This document shows, piece after piece, positions 41,595 to 58,774 of a DNA stretch of 64,000 nucleotides. The translations under genes were made by a program, and so were the position numbers. A model generated the notes under the pieces. It was not told the DNA's origin. It worked only from the letters and a program-made list of their open reading frames with translations, and made no database searches. The stretch's first letter is position 1. The number at the start of each line of letters is the position of its first letter. The stretch is from Octopus vulgaris. Taxonomy: Eukaryota. The stretch spans positions 90,520,001-90,584,000 of the forward strand of contig OX597814.1 of the NCBI GenBank assembly GCA_951406725.2, given 5' to 3'.

Positions 41595-41778
41595 TATTTC
41601 TTTACTACCCACAAGGGGCGAAACACAGAGAGAACAAACAAGGACACACAAACGGATTAAGTCGATTACATCAACCCCAGTGCGTAACTGGTACTTATTC
41701 AATCGACGCCGAAAGGATGAAAGGCTAAGTCGACCTCGGCGAAATTTGAACTCAGAACGTAACGGCAGACGAAATACG
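41595..41778 (-). mobile_element. 5'-truncated SINE, gagctggcag family
   Basis: Reverse complement of 37795-37975. Confidence 0.88.
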
Positions 41779-42479
41779 CATGTATGTATATATGTATGTA
41801 TGTATATGTATACCGAAATCTAGTATCCTATAAAAACAGATATGCACATACGCATCTGCTTAAGTTATACAGTATCATAATACACAAGTTAGGCTATACG
41901 AAATGCGTAATTACAAACATACAGGTGGAAGCTTTGTAGAGTTACTTCTATATCTCGCTCTGTCGCCCTTCTGTCTATATATGCATATATTATATATCAT
42001 ATTATATTATATACAAATATATGTAAAAATATATCCATATATATATACATGACAGATACTCTCTCTCTCTCTCTGTCTCTCTCTCTCACACACACATACA
42101 CACACGTACACATATACTTTCTACATTCATGTGCGTGTTTGTGTTCGTCTATTTGTGTTTATTTACTTTTACAGTATGTAGTTAGCCACTCAAGCATACA
42201 GTGTGTACAGTTTTGGAATTGTTTATCTAATATAAAGGAGACCATTAAATAATTAAAAAAAATATATATCACTTTGCTGTTTGTCAACAAACTGTCTCCC
42301 GCTTTCAACTCATGTTGTGTCTTGTACTTAATATCATGTCAATATTTTCTTCATATGTGGATTGTAAATCATATCCATAATATATATGTGTGTACATGTA
42401 TAGAAGTTGGTAGAAAGAAATGAAAGAAATAATTCACTGTATAATACATATATACGCATTTACTAACATACATGCATAT

Positions 42480-42855
42480 CTTTTATTTTTTTATCTTTTC
42501 AGTCATACTGGGGTACCTCCTTGAAGGATTTGTTATTAGTCGAATTAACAGCCCCCCAGTATTTATTTTTTTGTTACGCCGGTACTTATTTTATCCCACA
42601 TATTTGCTGAACCGCTAGGTTGTCAAGAGGTACTGGAGGACACACACACACCCATACGCTCACATTCGCATACACACACATATATATATATATATATATA
42701 TTCTACGGTCTTCTTTCAGTTTCCGTCTACAAATCCACTCACCAGGCCGTGGTTGGCCAGAAGCAAGAGTAGAAGAGGCTCACCCAAGGCGCAACGCAGT
42801 GGGACTGACTGGGAACTTTGTAGTTTGGAAGCAAGCTATTTACCACACAGCCACA
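42480..42855 (-). mobile_element. Decayed long SINE
   Basis: ttctttcagtttccgtctac...aagcaagctatttaccacacagccac is the reverse complement of the 34817 family. Confidence 0.8.
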
Positions 42856-42899
42856 TCTGTTCTTATATGTGTGCATGCATATGTAATATCTTTTTTAAT

Positions 42900-43580
42900 G
42901 CGCCTCTCTCTCTCTCTACCCACCCCTCCTCTCCTCTCTTGGCCTGAGACCTACTTCATGTCTCCATTCCTACCCACCTTCTCCCTTCATCGTTATCCCT
43001 CCATGAACACCTCACCCCTACACATCCAAATCGCACCATCTCACCCCACCCCACCTACCCGCACACACCCCACTCCAACATACCCCACCCTATCCCCTCA
43101 TCCTCACCGCAAACCCACACCCCACGCTCATATCCCTAGACCCCAAACACTGCCACACCACACAACATCACACTACTTCCCAGCACCCACATCGACATTA
43201 CATACCCACACATTACTGACGCACACACACACGCACACATCCACACGTCAAGGTCACCAGCCCCTATCCACACACACACTCTCTCACATACACACGCACA
43301 TGCACCTTCGTTTTAGGACAACCAGTGCTTTATTATCTCCTCTTCTCCCTAGCTCCCCTATCTAACCACCTCTGTCGAGCCAGCCGCCATGATTGAGCGC
43401 TAGCCCTTAAAGCTTCGTTTTTACTCTCTTTCTGTTTATTTCATCGTGGTCCTTTCTGTTGAAGAGCGTAGGCACGAAACTTAAAAGACTTTCTCACTTT
43501 CCCGAACGTTAAACTAATACACCTGTTTGTTGTTTATACACCTGTATTCGTCTTTTGGTTTTCTGTAAATTCTAACTATA
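42900..43580 (+). mobile_element. Probable PLE 3' region (C/A-rich UTR plus terminal repeat with variant hammerhead-like motif at 43449-43489)
   Basis: The terminal ~150 bp is homologous to the reverse complement of 45241-45400 and to 60810-60850; ends in a TA-rich run; no coding remnant seen, so the PLE assignment is inferred. Confidence 0.6.
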
Positions 43581-43599
43581 TTACATATATTATATGTAT

Positions 43600-43998
43600 C
43601 ACTTTGCATGATTTTAGTCAAACAGATCGACTCCAGGACTTATTTTTTAAAGTCTAATACTTATTCTAACGGTCTCTTTTGCAGAGCCGCTATGTTACAG
43701 GGTTGAAAACATGCCAACACCAGTTGCCAAGCGGTGATGTTGGGACAAAGACAGACACAAATAAATGCACGAGCACATACTCACACATACAAACACAAAT
43801 ACACAGACACACACACTCAGACAGACACAGACAGATACACGCACACAGATATGCGACATGATTTTTATAGTTTTCGTCAACCGAATCAAGGCCCCATGCT
43901 CTCGTGGGAGACAATAGCTGAATGTGCCACGCAGTGGGATTCAACCCTGAACCACGTGGTTGGGAAGTAAACTTATACTACACAGCTACGCCTGTGCC
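43600..43998 (-). mobile_element. Decayed long SINE
   Basis: Reverse complement of the 34817 family from head (cacagctacgcctgtgcc) to tail. Confidence 0.8.
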
Positions 43999-44084
43999 TA
44001 TTAGTGTGGGATGCTTACAAGACCTAGGTATCCATAGAAGTCTCCCATTTGAGTAATAACTAGCCTCGATGTGAGTTAACTTCG

Positions 44085-44199
<115 letters not shown>

Positions 44200-44330
44200 A
44201 TTTTTTAGCATAATGAGATAAAAAACCAAGGCTGTGTAGATATTAGAACATTTATAGATAGAAGATATTATTGCTGATTCCAGGATATTTATTAATTATA
44301 TCCTTTCATCGGAGACGGTGTGAGAGGATG
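44200..44330 (-). mobile_element. Probable PLE terminal fragment with decayed hammerhead-like motif
   Basis: Minus strand gtct CCGATGA a aggata-loop-tatcct g GAAT cagcaa TA; abuts (TA)n. Confidence 0.4.
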
Positions 44331-44512
44331 GTTAAGTAATAATTAATTTAGATGGGATACAAAATAGAGAGTGAGGTGGAGGAAAGAAAATAGATGTGAG
44401 ATATGTAGGGATATGTAGATCCATTATTTATGTAGATCCATTATTTAGGCAGAATGCTATATATGTAAAATTCCAATACCTTATGAGAAAACTCCAACAG
44501 CATTTAAAATTG

Positions 44513-44546
<34 letters not shown>

Positions 44547-45174
44547 ATAACTTTTCAAATGTTGGCTCAACAACAGTAATTTTGAGGGAAAAGTCAATTA
44601 AATTGACATTAGTGCTCGACTATTACTTACTTTATCGACGTTTAATAGATAAATGGCAAAGTGGAACTCGACGGGATTTGGTTTTATAACATAAAGAATA
44701 TTTTCGCTATGCTGGAGCGATTCTGCCAGGTCACTGACTTTCATGTATATGTAGATGACTAAAATAGAACGGTTTAGAAGTTCGCATCCCAAACGTGATT
44801 CTCTGGCCCCGATTATGGTGTTTAGCATATTAGTATTATTGCGAATAGTCTTGGTTCGACTACATGCCTTGTGAGTGTAGTGGACTAGACAAAAACTGTG
44901 TGGCAGAACGTCGGATTGATTGTAACCGGAATTGAAATGTCCAGCTGATTGCACTCAGTCATTTTGATTTGCTTGAAAATTATGTTTACTCTCAAATTCA
45001 ATGAGACTGGTAGTTTATTTGGTCGAATGATGAAATACTTATTGTTTTGAATCTGACCGTTATGTATATCTAAACACACATATACACACGCATGCACACG
45101 AACCCGCACATGCACAGATATACGCACATATACGCGCATATATACAAACGTACATACATACATACATACATACA

Positions 45175-45240
<66 letters not shown>

Positions 45241-45242
<2 letters not shown>

Positions 45243-45410
45243 GGGAGAGTTTACGAAAAAAAACAAAAGACGAAGGCAAGTGGTGTGCAAAACAAACAGA
45301 TAACGTTCGGGAATAGAAAAAGTCTTATACGTTTCGAGCCTACATTCTTCTACAGAAAGGGACACAGAAAAAAAAAACAAGGAGAGAAAAAGATGTGTGT
45401 AGTGGCTAAT
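45241..45410 (-). mobile_element. Terminal-repeat fragment of the same family as 43440-43580, within microsatellite
   Basis: Minus strand gtccctttctgtagaagaatgtaggctcgaaacgtataagac...cttcgtcttttg. Confidence 0.7.
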
Positions 45411-45532
45411 ATATATAGATATATATATATTGTAAACCACACACACTTAACGTATGCGCGTTGTGTATTCGACGTTAGGCTGCGATTTTGCATGGTGGAG
45501 AATACACACATGCACGCACACACACACACACG

Positions 45533-45579
<47 letters not shown>

Positions 45580-46275
45580 GCGCGCACACACACGCACACA
45601 CCAGCAGACACCCACACGCACAAGAGGTATTCGTAAGTACAATATTTAGGGAACGAATGAGCGAGAAACAGATAAAGAGAAACGAACAAATTTTAACGTT
45701 GAACCATATATGTTCTCTGCGAGTCTGTAATATAATTTGATTGAAATATTTTTATAGCTACCTTTGTGCCCAGTTAATGTTTTATTGTGTATTCTTTTTG
45801 GAGCAGTTTGGCTCGAGGTCAACTGCAATGGCCCTGCAGTTCTTTGATGATTCGTATTCCTGCCGTGACTATCATGTGTTTATCTTATGTGCAGTGCATT
45901 TCCGAACAGGCTTATTAAACGTGTCCTTTCTCAAAGGCGTAAGTGTTAAAGATGACTAAATGTAAATATCAAGAATAAGAAACAGTGCTTATCGCGAACT
46001 TCATTGTGTTAAGAGTTCATAAAAATAGCTCCCATAGAATAGAAATCAGATAATTAAACACCCCTACAAAATGAAATTCTTCTTTCAACCCGTTAATGAA
46101 TAAAGTACAAAAATTAAAGTCATAATTTCATCTTAGCACAGATGATGAGCAAACTGATTACGTGGTTCATTTTTTAAAATTTTTCAGCTCCCTCTAATAT
46201 GACGAAAGTACAATGAATTAAGAGCTTTGTACAAGGAAAAGAAACTAAATATTACTGGAAGGTCACACGCAAACA

Positions 46276-46359
<84 letters not shown>

Positions 46360-46984
46360 GTGAGTTGGGTACAGAAATTCAGGGTGAGTACTTGATAATT
46401 GTAAGCACCTGTATATACCGTTTGGTGGTGTAGGTGGTGGAGTAAATTAATCAAAATAAAAACATGATGCCAAGGATTCAGCGGTACATATGTTTCGGGC
46501 CTTTATTAGACGGACTTATAACAATGCATAATGTGTGTCTGTGGCCTTCAGCCGCGCACAACTACTACCTCAAGGACATGTATTACATAAAAAATTCTAC
46601 GTTGGGGTTGCAAATCCTCTCATTCGCGTACGACATAATGCGGCAACAGCATAAAAATGAAGCGTCCATCTCGTCCTTACAGTATTTGAATATGCATATA
46701 TACGGAACAACTTTCACTTCGAATATTCTACACAGAAGACAGGAATGAGTTATTATGAAATTGAATTTTTTAAAGATTATTTCTCTTTGCATATTCTATC
46801 TTTCTGTTTATTTTGAAGTAGTAGCGTTCCTAGGTCCATTTACCTTCTAAACGCGTTTGGTCTTTTCTTCTAAACGAAATTAAAGTGGTGTATTTTTGCT
46901 ACGAATTCTAGTAAGATATGATATATTGTGGAAATTGAAATCAAGACTGTTGCAGCATATATATGCAGCTGATTACTGCCTCAG

Positions 46985-47079
46985 GAAGATCATAGATAGC
47001 TCTCACTGTCAACGCGACAGTGTACTGCCATCTGTTGGTGCGCTATAGAACTAGTCCGGGAACGTTTTGATACTACCTC

Positions 47080-47082
<3 letters not shown>
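46985..47082. mobile_element. Single mariner-type terminus
   Basis: ccgggaacgttttgatactacctcg-ta resembles a TA-CGAGG..AAAAGTTCC TIR; partner end not found. Confidence 0.5.
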
Positions 47083-47167
<85 letters not shown>

Positions 47168-48140
47168 ATAAGGCGGTGCTCTAGCATGGCTGCAGTCAAA
47201 TGATTGAAACAAATAAATGTATATATATATATATATATATATACGCCGATAAAACAGGCAAACAATAGTAGGCGTAAGGACTGTGTTCCCATGGGCAGTT
47301 GAGTAATAAATAATATGATATAATCTTTTCGTCTTTTACAGCTGTTTCGGATAATCGATAACTGGTGCTATAAACACGCATATCATGTAGTGAACTCGAT
47401 TTGTACTGTAAGTCTATGAACTGGCACGATTTCTGGGAGACTTTTGAGGAAAACTCATGTTATCCTCGTAAGTGCTCACTGGAAAATATCTTAGTTGAGA
47501 AAAGCTCTTATAGATTGTTTATATATAAATACACACACACACACACACACACGTAAGATATAACACACAAACACAAACAGACAGGCATACAATAATGTAA
47601 ATGATGTGTATTTTTTTAATGAAAATGAGATGCTCATCCCGATTGGCAGAAAACTGTCATCACACGGTTTCAAGTGTAGGAAAAAAATGGCAGACTGACA
47701 CTTATTTCAATACCTATGTCCTTATCGTTTGCGGATTAAAGTTTTCCTCATCTCCTAGGATATGCTTATTTTTCGAAAAGATAAAATAAAAACTAGTTAT
47801 ATAATGTGTCATAATTACTATAGCCTTTTAAATATTATAACCTTGTGCATACTCAAATATCTGCGATGATGCAATGCAGGGCCTGAACAAATATATTAAC
47901 TTTAAGAAAATATATTAAAAAAGTACCATTAAATAATACGAAAATAAGAATTGGCAAGTTGTGACCGTGTACAGTTAGTTCCCCAAGACCAACCATCCGG
48001 TAACTAAAATTGCTCCGCGATTTCCTAAGTTTTATCCCCAAATACAGCTTTTTATTATTTATAAAAATAATCAGTTTGACGTGTATTCCTCTGCTTTTAT
48101 CTTGCGCAACATAAGACACGTTAATTAGTATCAACTAAAG

Positions 48141-48456
48141 TAGGGATTCTCTCAAATGTTTTATCTATAGACCCCTTTACTGTTTTATTTTGGTGGATCT
48201 CCATAACCATTCGATGTTTAAAAACTAGTTTTATGCAAACTTCTTTCAAAATTTCTATTTTGCTTTTCACACAGAGAAAGAAACCTAGCTGATTTTTTTG
48301 CAATACATACAAATGCATCAAAAGCAAAAACATTTTTCAAGGACACGTAAAATACTATTGTAAATCTCCAATTTAATATTTTGTTGCATGGGACTCCTAC
48401 TCCAAATCTTATAGGAACCCTCACGGGGCCATATGGACTTCTGGTGCGAACCACTG
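48141..48456. mobile_element. Second, older copy of the hAT MITE family at 1561
   Basis: tagggattctc ... ggtgcgaaccactg; shared subterminal aaatcttata...tggac; 8-bp flanks aactaaag / aactccag (6/8). Confidence 0.65.
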
Positions 48457-48924
48457 AACTCCAGATTGAAATCACTTGTCCAGTCTCTACTTTCAAACCT
48501 GCTATCCATGTGACATTTCAGTGATATGAGTCCAAAGATATACCGAAAAGAAAATGGTCTCCATTATAATAATTATTGGATACATGAAATATAAGATCAA
48601 CCAGTGTAAACAGAAACCTCAATGTAGATTGATGCCCGCCACCATTTTCAATAATAATATTAGGCGTTCAACATCCACACGATACTCTAAGCCAATTACC
48701 TAAATATATTTAATTCTCGGATATTAGCATATGTATTTTCATTCAGCATCACATACTCTATAATATTTCATCTAATAGAAATCAGGCCACGCAAATATTA
48801 GAACCGCATTTACATAAATCGTTTAACAAAAACTTGATATATTTTATATATATATATATAGGAACAACATGTGCGCAGTGCGTAGATTCTTTCTTTCTAT
48901 GCACGTTCACGCCGCCCCCCTTTT

Positions 48925-50365
<1,441 letters not shown>

Positions 50366-50683
50366 CAAACAAATACACAGACACTCACTGAATAAGAAAA
50401 TAAGTGGAGATACTATATTGGTTCTGATATGAAATAAAATTTATAAATATTTTGTAAATTATGTTATTTCCTTTATTTATATTAATATTACGAAATTGTC
50501 ATGTATAACAATAAAAGGAAACTAATGAAATAGAGAAATTAAATAGAAACATTTAGAACTAAGTATAACTGTATAGAAATCTATGTGACATGAATAAGAG
50601 AGTGGTGTCAACAAAATAACAAATAGTGATTGGAATCGCAGTGCTGATACGTGTGTGGTAAGTGAAAGCATAATAAAAATACT

Positions 50684-50686
<3 letters not shown>

Positions 50687-50739
<53 letters not shown>
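50687..50739. repeat. (AAT)n microsatellite
   Basis: Seen directly. Confidence 0.95.
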
Positions 50740-51869
50740 GGATTGCTTAAGGAATGGTATAAGGAAGGAGAAGGAAAAGTAAAAGCATCACGTAGCCGTC
50801 CATGTTTAGCAATTAGGTTAAAAGACGCAAACATATGAATATCTACGGCTGCAGACACCAGTGGTACCTCTCTTCGGCAACATCAGCAGCCGCTGCCTGA
50901 TGTTACTACAAGACCGCTTCTTTTTCTATCGACTCCGTAGCTAGGCAACAAGTGTGTGCGAACAGCTGAAAAAGAAATGCCACATCGAAGTAGAGAACAT
51001 GTTATTCGCATCAGACAGAAGAAGAAATAAGCAAAAGTTTATTGCTGGAATATTTAAAACGGAAAGCAAAAGCAAAGAGAAGAAAACAGATGTGATCTAT
51101 ACCAACTCAGAAGAACAGGATATAACATCGTTATTTTCATCACCATCAACACAATCGGCTTTATTATTACTAGTATTAATATATGTGTTTTTATTAACAG
51201 CACCGAGTAGAAATTGTGTACAGCGAAAGACATAATCAATGAAAAAAGAAAGGAAGACTCCAAAATAGAATAAAGAAAAGATTAAAACTAAAACAGAGAG
51301 AAGACAAGAAAACAAAAACAAACAGACATTAAACTAACAAGGAAATATTAAGATTTTTCGTAACATTTTCATACAAATGAATTTTAATTATTCATTCATT
51401 TATATGTACATATTGTGTAATTTCGATCAGGTTTTACATCAGATTCCGAATTAAATGATAGAATAAATATGAAATTAGCCTGGCAACGTTAATGGACAAC
51501 ATGGCTAAATAGATTATCTATTGGATAAATCCAGGAAAAATACCTAACAATCAAGATTTATAAATACTCACACGCGCACACATATTTGTCTTTCGTTCTT
51601 TCATAAGAAACACCGAGGCAATTTAATCAAAGAAACTTGACACCTGCAACTAAGTAACAAAATGTAAGTAGATGTCTGTAGATATATATTTGTTTGTAAT
51701 GTCAGTCGCAAAAATGAAGGAAAAAAAAAGACAATCAGTAAACAGAAAAAAAAATGTAAAACAGAGAAGAAAAAAGCGTGAAATATAAGTTTGTGATTAT
51801 GCTAATAAATGCTTGCCACTTGCTGAAAGAAATATTATTACTTTATTTAATTCCGACTTAGAATCGCGT

Positions 51870-52019
51870 GCGCACAAATATGTATGACTACACATATATT
51901 CATACGAATGTGCCTATTATATGTATCGTTACATACATACACATGTAAACATACGCATGCATGCTTGTGTATGATTGTTTCCATGTACACACATATATGA
52001 AAGTATGGATGTATATGCA

Positions 52020-52065
<46 letters not shown>

Positions 52066-52258
52066 TAGATATATATATATACATATATACATGTATATTT
52101 TCGATATATGCAACATAAATACATGCAACTATTTTTATATAAATTCATATATCTCTGTATATGTAAACACATGCAGATGTATAAATTTATAAAATGAACA
52201 CCATATATCTATTATCCAATATAGTATATATATTATATGCATTTATATAAATTATATA

Positions 52259-52310
<52 letters not shown>

Positions 52311-52361
52311 ATGTATATATATATATAGCACCAATATCATATATCTATATGTCTATGTATG

Positions 52362-52422
<61 letters not shown>

Positions 52423-52673
52423 ATATATATATATATATATATATACATACATATGCATACATTCATGCACACACACACACATAGTTATAATGCCTATAAT
52501 ATATAACTTATTCATAATGTATGTAGATATATTTACATAAATATCAGGTAGGTAATATATGCATAACATGTTGCATATATATATACATTATGTAGATAAG
52601 ATATACTCATGTAATTATGTATATATAAATATACATTCATACACATAAACACACACACACACACACACATAGA

Positions 52674-52769
<96 letters not shown>

Positions 52770-52839
52770 TGTGAGTATGCATGCATGTATACATACATAC
52801 ATACACACACACATATATATATACATATATATATATATG

Positions 52840-52873
<34 letters not shown>

Positions 52874-53332
52874 TATACACACTTATGCACATTGACATAC
52901 AGGCACACACACTCGTGCACTTGCGCACACATATTCACACACGCATGCATATGTTCATACCCAGAAAACTTATTGCTAATTGTTGTTAAGAATTGATCTT
53001 GCTATAGCATTGTATCTGATTTGAAGAATATATTATTCAGAATAATTTTTTCTTTGCATAGGTGTTATCGTTTGTCTATAAGGTGTTAACTCTGCTACTT
53101 CTATTATTAAAATATCTTCATCGGTGACAGAAAATAAAATACGAGTTAAATATGCAGATGATAGGAGAAGGAGAGAGTGAGATAGAGAGGGAGAAGGGAT
53201 AGAGAGAGAGAATTAGATGCAGAGTGTGCGGGAGGGAGGGACGGATAATGTATAAGAGAGACGAGAAACATGATAGAGACATATCGTGGTATTTGAGAGG
53301 GAAAGTGTAAGAGAGATAGAGAGAGAGATAGT

Positions 53333-53396
<64 letters not shown>

Positions 53397-54280
53397 AGTG
53401 TTGAATGAGACGATGACTAAATTTTACAAAGAATCAGAAGTATCATAACTGAGTATTTATTCGTAACGTAAATGGCGATTCACTTATTTGGCTAATAACT
53501 AAGTCTCATGCAACAGTATCACGCACATAGATGTACCCTCACTCACACGCGCTCCTTCCGACACTCGCGCTCTGAGAAATCCATAGACACATAGAGACAC
53601 ACGTAGAGACACACAGATACATTGATAAACACACACATACACACACACAAGTACACACACGCAAACACACACACCTCTCGCGCGCGAACTCGAAAGCTCC
53701 CGCACGGACGACGCTCTCACATACGCACAAATGCAAACATACAGCCGCATAAACATATACGTACACCTGCCGTAGACACACACACACACACACACATACA
53801 CACACACAAACACACACACACAAACACACACACACACATGCATCGCCATATGCATCCATGCATACTTTCAACAGTTAACAGAACAAACAGGCGCACATGT
53901 ACACATGCACATTTGCACATATATATACCCATGGTCACGTCTATAAGCACGCACAGTTTCATACACACACACACACACACATATACAAACACACGCACGT
54001 ATTCGTGTATACATGTAATTAAAAAACACACACGCGTACGCTCGCGACTCAAACATTTATACACTCGGAGACACAAACGCACTTAAATATATGCACATAT
54101 TTATACATATACACCTGAAAGAAAACAAGCGCTTATACATACATTCACATCAACAACGAAACAAAAACTTACAGAAATAAAATACGCAAATGCTCAAAAC
54201 ACACACAGATTCGCTAACACACACACGTAAACACACTTACACATACAAAGAAAGGAAAGCATGCATACGCATACATATAA
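51870..54280. repeat. Field of (TA)n, (CA)n, (GA)n and (CTAT)n microsatellites
   Basis: Seen directly. Confidence 0.85.
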
Positions 54281-55403
54281 CAAGTTACGCTCTGGCGTAT
54301 ATGTTAATTCCAGTTTTATACAATAAACAATAGCGGTGGTTGACAGCGCCTAACACATCTTCTACAACTTGAGACGTGCGATTAAGTGAGCCACTATATG
54401 GTTATAGGAAACACTAGAAATAGCAGTCAAATTGCACACAAATCACGCAGTTATATGTCAAAAGAGAATTAGCTGAAAATGCGGGGTACAGAATGTATAG
54501 AATATATAAACAATAAATACAAACAATTATGAAACCCTTACTGGTTGTAATATTTTTGACCACAGGTCAGTTCGACCAGGACTGATCTGAGGTTAAAGAC
54601 ATGTTAGATGATATCCATTTTATGTGACGTCTCCGCCAAAATAAACAAGGGACCTATATACGATCATTGTAAGTGATGAAATAGCAGCTAAATCAATGCC
54701 AATTTATATTAAATGACAGGGATACTAATATAATATTGTCCTAGAAATAATAAAAGTCGGCCAGATGATCACGGTTGGAAAGGCTTCGATCATGTTATTG
54801 CTCGATCACTAGTGATCTGGGTACTACTCAGTAACAGCTATGAATTTGTGTCTAAATAACGCGTATCGTATATGTGTTACGAAATAGAGAGAATGAGGAT
54901 GAGATAACAATTACGAACGTCGAAATACAACGGCGAAGCCGACATCAGGCAAGTAGTGACGATGGTGATAATGAAGTCGTTGACTGCGATGGTGGATGTA
55001 ATGAGGATGCATAGATAAGTATTGCTCACGCACACACACACAAACACATATACATACACACACATGCACCTACATACATGTGTGTATACATATAGAGCTA
55101 TCTGTATGTTTATTTTTCTATCTATATATACATCCATCACATGCACACATGTATGCATTTATCTAAATCTATCTTAGCTATCTATCAATCTATCTTTCGT
55201 TCTTTCTTCTTTATTTTTCTTTCGTTCTTCTATCTTTCTTTCCTTTCTTTCTTTCTCTCTATTCTTTCTATTTATTTATTTCTTTGTTCCTTTGTCTCTC
55301 TCTCATACCTACGCTTATTTATCCACAGACACATATGTTGTGAGTGTATGTATATATGAATGTATGTCTATATATATATATATCTATGAATGTATGTATG
55401 GTA

Positions 55404-55468
<65 letters not shown>

Positions 55469-55906
55469 TGTGTGTGTGTGTGTGTGTGCGTGTGTGTGGA
55501 TATGTATATATAAAGTGGCTATTCAGCATATTTAGACATATTGAATGAGATGAGTTAAACGTTTTGGCTCTCTCTGCTCTGAGTTCAAATGCCAACGAAA
55601 TCAACTTTGTATTTCATTTGTAGTGGGTCAATAAAAAAGCACCCAGTAATACAGTAGCTTCGTCTCTTTTTCACATTCTATATTTCTATCGAATTATCAA
55701 TTTTTTCTGAGAGGAACCCGCTGCCATCCGGCATAGGGAAGAAAGGGCCCTAAGAAGTTTTTACTTGCTTAGAAAACGCCGAATGACAATGACAATGGCG
55801 TATCTACGACTCAATCAAGGAATCCTGGGCAGAAGATAAAGCATACATATACATCTAGGTGTGCAAACGAATGGAAATAGAATAAATGCAGTGGAAGTCA
55901 TACAAT

Positions 55907-56416
<510 letters not shown>

Positions 56417-56859
56417 CTATTATTTCTCTGTTTTTCTACAAGTTGATAAATATATATGAATGTATAAGTAACTAACTGGCTAATGCTAACCTCCTGATTT
56501 TATTTGCTTTAATTAGAAAAAGAAAAATTTGCTACAGTTACTACCCCAATATTGCTGCTGATAAGAGTGTGTTCGATAATTTGATAATGGCGATTTCAGT
56601 TTTGCTATAATAATAAGTATTGTTGTTATTTTACACAAGCCGAAGATGCAGATATGTATAATGATGAAACTATATCTTTGAGAATAGCGACGATGCGTAT
56701 GGAAGGGAGGAAGATGATATATTCTATTCCCTTTTATCAATAAATTTGTCTTACGCATTAAGCGGTCGCCATGCTAGTGCACCGCCTTCAAGGGTTCAGT
56801 CTACCGCCTCGACCATAGATTTTTGTTTAAACCTGTTATTTATGGTATTGGTGGTCAAT

Positions 56860-57070
56860 CGGTGGTGGGCAACAAATACAAGAACACGAACAGAAACACA
56901 AGCACACACGCACAGACGTACACATGCACACACACAGTTTCCGTTTTACCAAATCCACTGACGAGGTTTTCTGATCGGCCTGGGGTTTAGTGGAAGACAC
57001 TTTTCCATGGTGCTACACAACGGGACTGAGCCCAGAACCATGTGGTCGGGAAGCAAGGTTCTTATCATAC
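56860..57070 (-). mobile_element. Decayed long SINE
   Basis: cagtttccgttttaccaaatccact...gggactgagcccagaaccatgtggt is the reverse complement of the 34817 family. Confidence 0.78.
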
Positions 57071-57499
57071 ATCCATAAATGATAATGACCCCCATTAGGA
57101 CGGGTATGGCGTCGGTGTTGACTGAGGTCGCTGAGTATGTTACTCTGGGTCTTGTTACCATTCTTCTAGTTTCGTCTTACGCTGGCGTTGACAGATTACA
57201 TGTATCATAAAAAAGCATTCAAGATGTGACCACCTCGTGGTTTTATTTTCGTTGAGAAACAGTGAAACACAAACCGCATAATCTAATGTATCCCATTTTA
57301 TGATGATTGAATGAGGGTTACAGGAAAATTGTGCTGCACATAAATGGAAGACCACGTAGAGGATCCTTCACCTGGTTTTTGCAGAGTAGCTAAGAGACAG
57401 TATGTCATGAGATCCTTGATTAGTTTTTAAGTGATGGTGATTATGTAAAATGGTGCTTCTGTTTACGTATGTATACAAACATATATGTATGAGCGTGAA

Positions 57500-57729
57500 G
57501 GCGGCGAGCTGGCAGAAACGTTAGCGCGCCGGTCGAAATGCTTAGCGTTATTTTGTCTGCCGCTACGTTCTGAGTTCAAATTCCGGCGAGGTCGACTTTG
57601 CCTTTCATCCTTTCGGGGTCGTTGAATAAAGTACCAGTTTCGTACTGGGGTCGATGTAATCGACTTAATCCATTTGTCTGTTCTTGTTTGTACCTCTATG
57701 TTTAGCCCCTTGTGGGCAGTAAAGAAATA
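57500..57729 (+). mobile_element. Full-length young SINE (ggcggcgagctggcag family)
   Basis: A box agctggcaga, B box gagttcaaattcc; near-identical to 37751-37976. Confidence 0.93.
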
Positions 57730-58439
57730 TGTGTGTATGTGTGTATGTGTTTATGTGTGTGTCTGTGCACGTGTCGTAATTCGCGCTTGAATGTCATGTT
57801 CAAGCAAACCAACAGGCCTCTGTGTATTTTCTATACTTATAAAATGCACAGATCAACTTAAATCGACGTTAAAAAAATGTACATACAAGATGCCAAGCAC
57901 TGGGATCGATCCTAAGAGCTGAAGATTGTACACCAAACTTCTTAACTATTCGGTCATGCCTACACCCGTGCAGACATACACACACATACACACACCACAG
58001 TGAACTATCATGTGCTGTCAACGTGCTGTTTACTATAAGGTTTGATTGGTTTCGAAATTTTAATGCTAATCCAACGACAGCTACCTCCGATACTACCTTT
58101 GACGAACTCATGTTAGTAGCAGAGACCACTAATTATGTTTGCATGCAGCTGATAGAAGGACACAATATTGAACACACACACGCACGCACGCACACACACA
58201 CACATAGACACATATGCGTATGAGAAATTAAAAAGACAAAGGAATGAAAAATTATGTCATGACGCTCATGACATTATTTCCAATTTCTTTGTTATTCCAA
58301 TTTCGAATTTCTTACTCCTTCTCTGTACTCGACTGACGCAGTGTTCTGAAGCATATGTATACTGAGTTTTAACACCAGGTTACTAGTATCACTATGCCTA
58401 CACACACACATACACACACACACACATATATATATATAT

Positions 58440-58738
58440 CACCGTGACCGACCAGGCTATCAGATGTTGCTACACATCGCTGGTCACAATGCGCTTTGCA
58501 TTGTTTTAGCCTTCAAGTGACGCCACCCCGCTGGCTAAGCGAGCAGGCCAACAGAAGAAAGAGTGAGAGAAAGTTGTGGCGAAAGAGTACAGCAGGGATC
58601 GCCCCCCCCCCCTGCCGGAGCCTCGTGGAGCTTTAGGTGTTTTCGCTCAATAAACACTCACAACGCCCGGTCTGGGAATCGAAAGCGCGATCCTACGTCC
58701 GCGTGTTCGCTGCCCTAACCACTGGGCCATTGCGCCTT

Positions 58739-58741
<3 letters not shown>
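58440..58741 (-). mobile_element. tRNA-derived SINE with the same head as 20798-21090 but a different tail
   Basis: gccctaaccactgggccattgcgcc and gtgttttcgctcaataaacac shared with ~20985-21090; tail shared with 40178-40297. Confidence 0.92.

Positions 58742-58774
<33 letters not shown>

Noticed and set aside
46464-46748. Possible Tc1 transposase remnant (WPS...DMYY)
   Set aside because: Similarity to WPxxSPDLNP is too weak and no TIR pair was found
50954-51235. 93-aa ORF with a hydrophobic C-terminal stretch
   Set aside because: GTG start, A-rich composition and no recognisable family; it could be an exon but is unsupported
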